NCBI GenBank assembly: GCA_030141605.1
Contig: JAQGDQ010001730.1
Span: 1 to 27,571, forward strand
Length of the DNA stretch: 27,571 nucleotides
Source: Tubiluchus corallicola
Taxonomy: Eukaryota > Animalia > Priapulida
Reading direction: 5' to 3'
The stretch's first letter is position 1, and each line of letters begins with the position of its first letter. This document shows positions 23,121 to 27,571 of the stretch, one piece after another. The notes beneath the pieces are model-generated. The model was not told the DNA's origin. It was given only the letters and a program-made list of their open reading frames with translations, and did not search any database. Both the position numbers and the translations under genes were made by a program.

Positions 23121-24159
23121 TACGACCCCCAGGCAAGTATGGACTAAGCTAGACTAAACTACTCAAATAGGCAAGTTAAAGCGCCTGAAAAGCGCATATT
23201 TTTCTCAATTTTATCTAATTAAATCACTTATTTACATTTTACACAAATAACACTATTGGACAGCAGAGAATGTCCTGAATAAAACAGTGCCAAATTGTAC
23301 TACCCCATTTTCAATTATGGGAAAAAGTAAGTTTTAACACCAAAGATACTGTAAAGGCATTTCTGATAACTAGATTAAAATTTTAATTTAAACAATGGGC
23401 AAGCTCAACTATTAAAAACATAACAACTATAATTCTCAACAGCAAAAACATTCCATGAGCTTGTTTTACGAAATCAAAAATTGAAGTACAGCACTACTGT
23501 AACATATTCAGTGTTTCATAAAAAACTCCACTAGTTTTAAGTTATAAAATCCAATTTAAATTTTACCGTTTTGCTCATGCATGAGCTGTCGAACGTGTGC
23601 TCCTTGTCGCAAACTAACACATCTGAGTGGGAGGTACGGCACCTTTTTTTGTGCATTGCTTTCCAAAATGTAGGCGCTAGGCGCTATACCGTCAATATAT
23701 CCATCAATACTTTTGCATTGTTCTAAATCAGGTTAATTTAAGGATTTAATAAAACAATGTTAATAATGCGTTTTCCATTTGAAGCGCAAAACATCTCAGT
23801 ACATGGTGCTGTTGGTGTATTAGGGCAACTGCTAGACCATAAAAATTATTTGAAATACCACCTAGTTCATTTGTTGAATTAAAACTCACTCATTACAATT
23901 ACGCCATCTAAACATGGCTTTCAACATTTTGACAAACATTTGCCTTTGGAGTCAATACATTTTACATATGGGAAGATGCCTTAGGAAGTACATACTATAT
24001 TGAGTCAAATATAAATTTAAATTCAAAGGTTTTATTGAAACCTATACAGAGTCGGTTTTGTAATACTGGAAGTGCTACAGGCAGCAAGTGGTTAATCTCA
24101 ATTGAAACTTTGAAGCTGATTACATAGATTGACTTAATTTGTGAGAGTTTGTGCTTTGC

Positions 24160-25270
24160 TCTGCCCTTGCAAAATATTGCCAAATGATTCCCAAAGCTGA
24201 TATAACAAGCATCATGCCTATTTGTAACAGCTTTTTGTCTTTAGCGCCACCAACAGTTCCAATTGAGAAATCGGTTTCTCGTTGAATGTTCTGATAATGG
24301 CTACTGACACTGCCAAACTGCTTTCGTATGCTGCAGATTAATACTGTATGCGCTTCTTTTCCGTTAGCAAAAATGTTAGAAGAAGCTTGAAAGGTTACAG
24401 TCTCTCCTCATCACTCTTGCTGATGATGTGCCTTGCCCATTCATGAGGAATATCTTCCCATAACTTGAGCTCAATTTCAGCAATAACTCCCACATTGCTA
24501 CTTTCTTGCAACAATATTTTTGTACTGGGCTTTTTCTACCCTGTGGATATACTTTAAGAAACCAACATGGTTGCCAGAAGATAAAGACTTGACATCTGTG
24601 ATTTCTGCCATTATGCTTTCGGTGACTTTCTTTCTAACTTCGTAATTCCTTTCAAGGCGTTTAAAGCATTGTTGTCAGCATTGTCATTAGAAGCAGCTAC
24701 TAGATCGGCTGCTTCTCCACTTAGCTTCTCGTTCAACATGCGGCCCAAAATTCGACAATCTTTCTTATGATAAGCTACGGAGATTCGCTGTAGCTACCAT
24801 GAAACCCGTGAATAGGTATTGCCTCCAATTTTGCTCTACCCAATGCTTGCTCATTCCACGTGTCAGAAATATGATTGTTTTGTGGTGATTGAGAACAAAT
24901 ACAGTTCATTGCTTTGTGATCTACCTCTTTAACCATTGCCTCTGTGTCATTGAATCTTTCTCAAATTCAGCAACCAAGGAAGCATATTTTTTATTAATGA
25001 TAACCTCACTGTGTCCAACAGTGTCTGAATTTCTAACCGACAACCCACCAACCATTGAATTGATGTATCTCCACTCTCAAGCCTCTTTTCCTGATTTTCA
25101 ATATGCATATGCAATAAAAGAATCAGTGCATCAAATTTATCTTCCATTTTCCCTTTGTTGTTTTAGCTTAATCATCTTTCTCTTTCTTGAGTTCTTCATC
25201 TTCTGCCTGTAGTCCTTAAACGGCGCAAAAGCATTGTCTGTTCTTGAACACTGTTGCTCAATGTACTGTT
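24160..25270 (-). mobile_element. gag: Decayed BEL/Pao gag relic (DUF1759-like region plus zinc knuckle)
   Basis: Minus-strand fragments AKLEAIPIHGFHGSY, LSGEAADLV, KRLERNYEVRKKVTESIMAEI, VIAEIELKLWEDIPHEWAR, FKLLLTFLLTEKKRIQY and degenerate knuckle CYISFGNHLAIFC; many frameshifts and stops. The upper boundary is approximate. Confidence 0.75.
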
Positions 25271-25711
25271 CTTGTTTGCATGCATATTATTGGCATTTTT
25301 TTTATTTTTTTATTGCATTTGTTTTTGCTGTACATTTTTGGGTGTAGTTTTTTTTGTAAATAAGTAACTAAACATAATTTCTAAAAGTACGTGTGTCTGT
25401 GTTTGTTTTAATGTACATTTGTGTGCGAGTAAATAAATAAATATGGGAAGTCCAGCAGGCGTAGGTGACTGAGCAGCACAGAGCATGACAACAAACTGGA
25501 TTTTAAATTGGGTCAATTTACAATAGTAAACTATGTGAAGTATAGGTGGCATCACAAGTTTAATTATATGGTAATAGTATATTTGATTGCATAAATCACA
25601 AGTGAAAATGTTCGACACCCCAACGACAAAAACAGAACTAATACCTAATTTATAAACATACTCTCTCAAACACTCCTGATACATACTATGAAAAAGGTAT
25701 TATTACACGAA

Positions 25712-26315
25712 TGTAGCTGACGGAATGTCCCGAAAACAAAACTTCTAATTCCGCATTGGCTTGCTAACGGTTATTTATTCTGGAGAAAAAAGATAAATCA
25801 ACATATTAAATCATTTAGGAGTGTATTACAAAAATAAACTGTTCTTAAATAATTTTTCCTAATTTACGTAAACATATTTTGCAATTGCTACAAAATTATT
25901 CCACATTTGGTTCATATAAACAAAAATGATTAAATATCCGACACATTTGTTGGATTTCATATTAAACATAACAATTACATTGACTATTAACCATGTAATC
26001 TCGCAGTATCTGACATTGCTGAGTATTACAAATTCACTAGAAGCATCATAAAAAATTAAACTGTGAACTCACGTACATTGGCAGCTCTGGCATTTAAAAC
26101 TTAAAAGCATCCACAAACTGCAAGTCACAAGTCACATTTACTTTCACAAGATCAAATCAGGCTATATTAACAGAATCAAGACAGTGTGACACCTTTACTG
26201 TCCTATTCCTGTTGCCTTCTGTATATAGAAAGATGAATCACCTGAGTATTAGTATACAGTCCTAAAGGCCTAAAAGGTGGCAGCACATTAGAGTATCATT
26301 ATCCCCAACATCACA
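25712..26315 (-). mobile_element. 3' LTR (604 bp) of the BEL/Pao element
   Basis: Minus strand starts TGTGATG directly after the polypurine tract and ends ..CAGCTACA; TATATA near 26222-26227 and AATAAA about 60 bp before the end. Confidence 0.8.
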
Positions 26316-26322
26316 CCCCCCT
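26316..26322 (-). other. Polypurine tract
   Basis: AGGGGGG on the minus strand between the pol stop (26341) and the TG of the LTR. Confidence 0.85.
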
Positions 26323-26340
26323 ATTAAACGATTTTAACGT

Positions 26341-27570
26341 TTAATTTCCATTAGCCCTTTCTAGTAAGCAAAGCTTTTGAATGGGTCGTTTCAGAATTGA
26401 AGTGGGTGTTTTGACTTGCACCGTCCGAACTCGGTCGTCTTTACCAGGAAATACATGTGTGACTCTGCCAAGGGGCCACTCACTACGTGGACATGTGTAG
26501 TCAAGAATTAGGACGACATCACCTGGACTTAAATTCGGAGAGGCATCTTCCCACTTTTGAAAGCGCTGAAGAGTAGGCAGATACTCTTTTGTCCAGCGGC
26601 GCCAGAAGATATCTGTCAGATATTGAACTTGCCTCCACTTCGTATGATAGATGTCTGATTCTTCAAATTTACCTAACGGAATATTTGGAGTCACTTTCAT
26701 TTGCAAGATGTGGTTTGGGGTCAGGGGCTCCATGTCTTTTGGGTCATCAGAAATGACAGTAAGAGGGCGCGAATTGAGAATTTGCTCAATACTTGTCATC
26801 AGCGTAAGCAATCCTTCGTCATCCAGTGTTTGTTCTCTGGTGACCGACAACATCACTTTTTTAATTGACCTTATAATTCTCTCCCAAACACCTCCTTGGT
26901 GCGGTGCACTTGGAGCATTAAATTTCCACTGGATCTGGCGTCTTCTAAGGGTATCATTTATTTTTTCTTGGTCAAGCTCTTTCAAGGCTATTCTAAGTTC
27001 TCTCTCTGATCCTACAAAGTTTGTACCGTTGTCACATCTAATTGAACGTGGGTGTCCGCGACGACTGATGAATCTCACCAAAGCATTGATGAAGCTGCTA
27101 GTGGTCATTGAGTGCAGTACTTCAATGTGAACTGCCCGCGTGGACATACACGTAAAGAGACAGCCATATCGTTTGACGTGTAAGCGAGCTCTTTTTACGA
27201 CAAAAGGCCCAAAACAATCTACGCCAGTGTTGAAAAAGGGCGGATTACCTGGATCTACTCGATCACTTGGCAATCGAGACATTCTTTGTGAGATAGGCTT
27301 GGTATCTCGGCGTCTACAAACAGTGCAGTCTGAAATTATTTTCCTGACCTTTGGTCTGGCCTTTATTATCCAGTACTTTTCTCTTGCTAAGGCCATTAAG
27401 TGTTCACGACCGCAACGGCCTGCATTTTCATGTAGCTCCATAAGTATCAGGTCTACTATGTGATCCTCACGGGGTAAGATAATTTGATGCCTGCCTTCAA
27501 TTCGTCCTCCTATGCAGATTACGTCCTCTGAAGATAGTACAGGATCCAGGGCTTTTAACTTGCTATCCTT
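26341..27570 (-). CDS. pol: BEL/Pao retrotransposon polyprotein C-terminus: integrase (zinc finger, DDE core) plus DUF5641-like tail; truncated by the window edge
   Basis: Frame open to the window end (KDSKLKALDP..IGGRI..HQIILP). Motifs KYWII, CTVC, TGVDCFGP, FTCMSTRAVHIE, CDNGTNF, APHQGGVWER, LNSRPL, LTPNH, FWRRWTKEYL, WPLGRV..PGKD..VR. Confidence 0.97.
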   Translation of the reverse strand, partial: KDSKLKALDPVLSSEDVICIGGRIEGRHQIILPREDHIVDLILMELHENAGRCGREHLMALAREKYWIIKARPKVRKIISDCTVCRRRDTKPISQRMSRLPSDRVDPGNPPFFNTGVDCFGPFVVKRARLHVKRYGCLFTCMSTRAVHIEVLHSMTTSSFINALVRFISRRGHPRSIRCDNGTNFVGSERELRIALKELDQEKINDTLRRRQIQWKFNAPSAPHQGGVWERIIRSIKKVMLSVTREQTLDDEGLLTLMTSIEQILNSRPLTVISDDPKDMEPLTPNHILQMKVTPNIPLGKFEESDIYHTKWRQVQYLTDIFWRRWTKEYLPTLQRFQKWEDASPNLSPGDVVLILDYTCPRSEWPLGRVTHVFPGKDDRVRTVQVKTPTSILKRPIQKLCLLERANGN

Positions 27571-27571
27571 T

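Noticed and set aside
26651-27463. Plus-strand ORFs of 159 and 107 aa
   Set aside because: Antisense shadows of the BEL integrase.

Overview
AT-rich, repeat-dense eukaryotic DNA, most likely from an invertebrate animal (GT-AG introns, BEL/Pao, Gypsy and MULE elements, animal-type fucosyltransferase); no prokaryotic features. The only recognisable host gene is an alpha-1,3-fucosyltransferase (GT10) at 4512-5781 with no coding intron visible, whose Golgi anchor and catalytic domain lie in different frames around an A7 run. The rest is layered mobile DNA: a solo LTR nested in a TIR element (1220-2631); a 1.5 kb LTR-like insertion (7477-8978) splitting one of three copies of a local duplication; a 53-bp minisatellite; a decayed Gypsy RT; a four-exon MULE/SWIM transposase pseudogene lacking its catalytic core; a fold-back piggyBac-like MITE; an old BEL gag relic; and the 3' end (integrase, PPT, LTR) of a young BEL/Pao element. 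Several degenerate coding-like blocks remain unidentified. I found no convincing novel biological system; the best leads are the split fucosyltransferase, the orphan decayed ORFs and the duplicated unit. All alignments and translations were done by eye.
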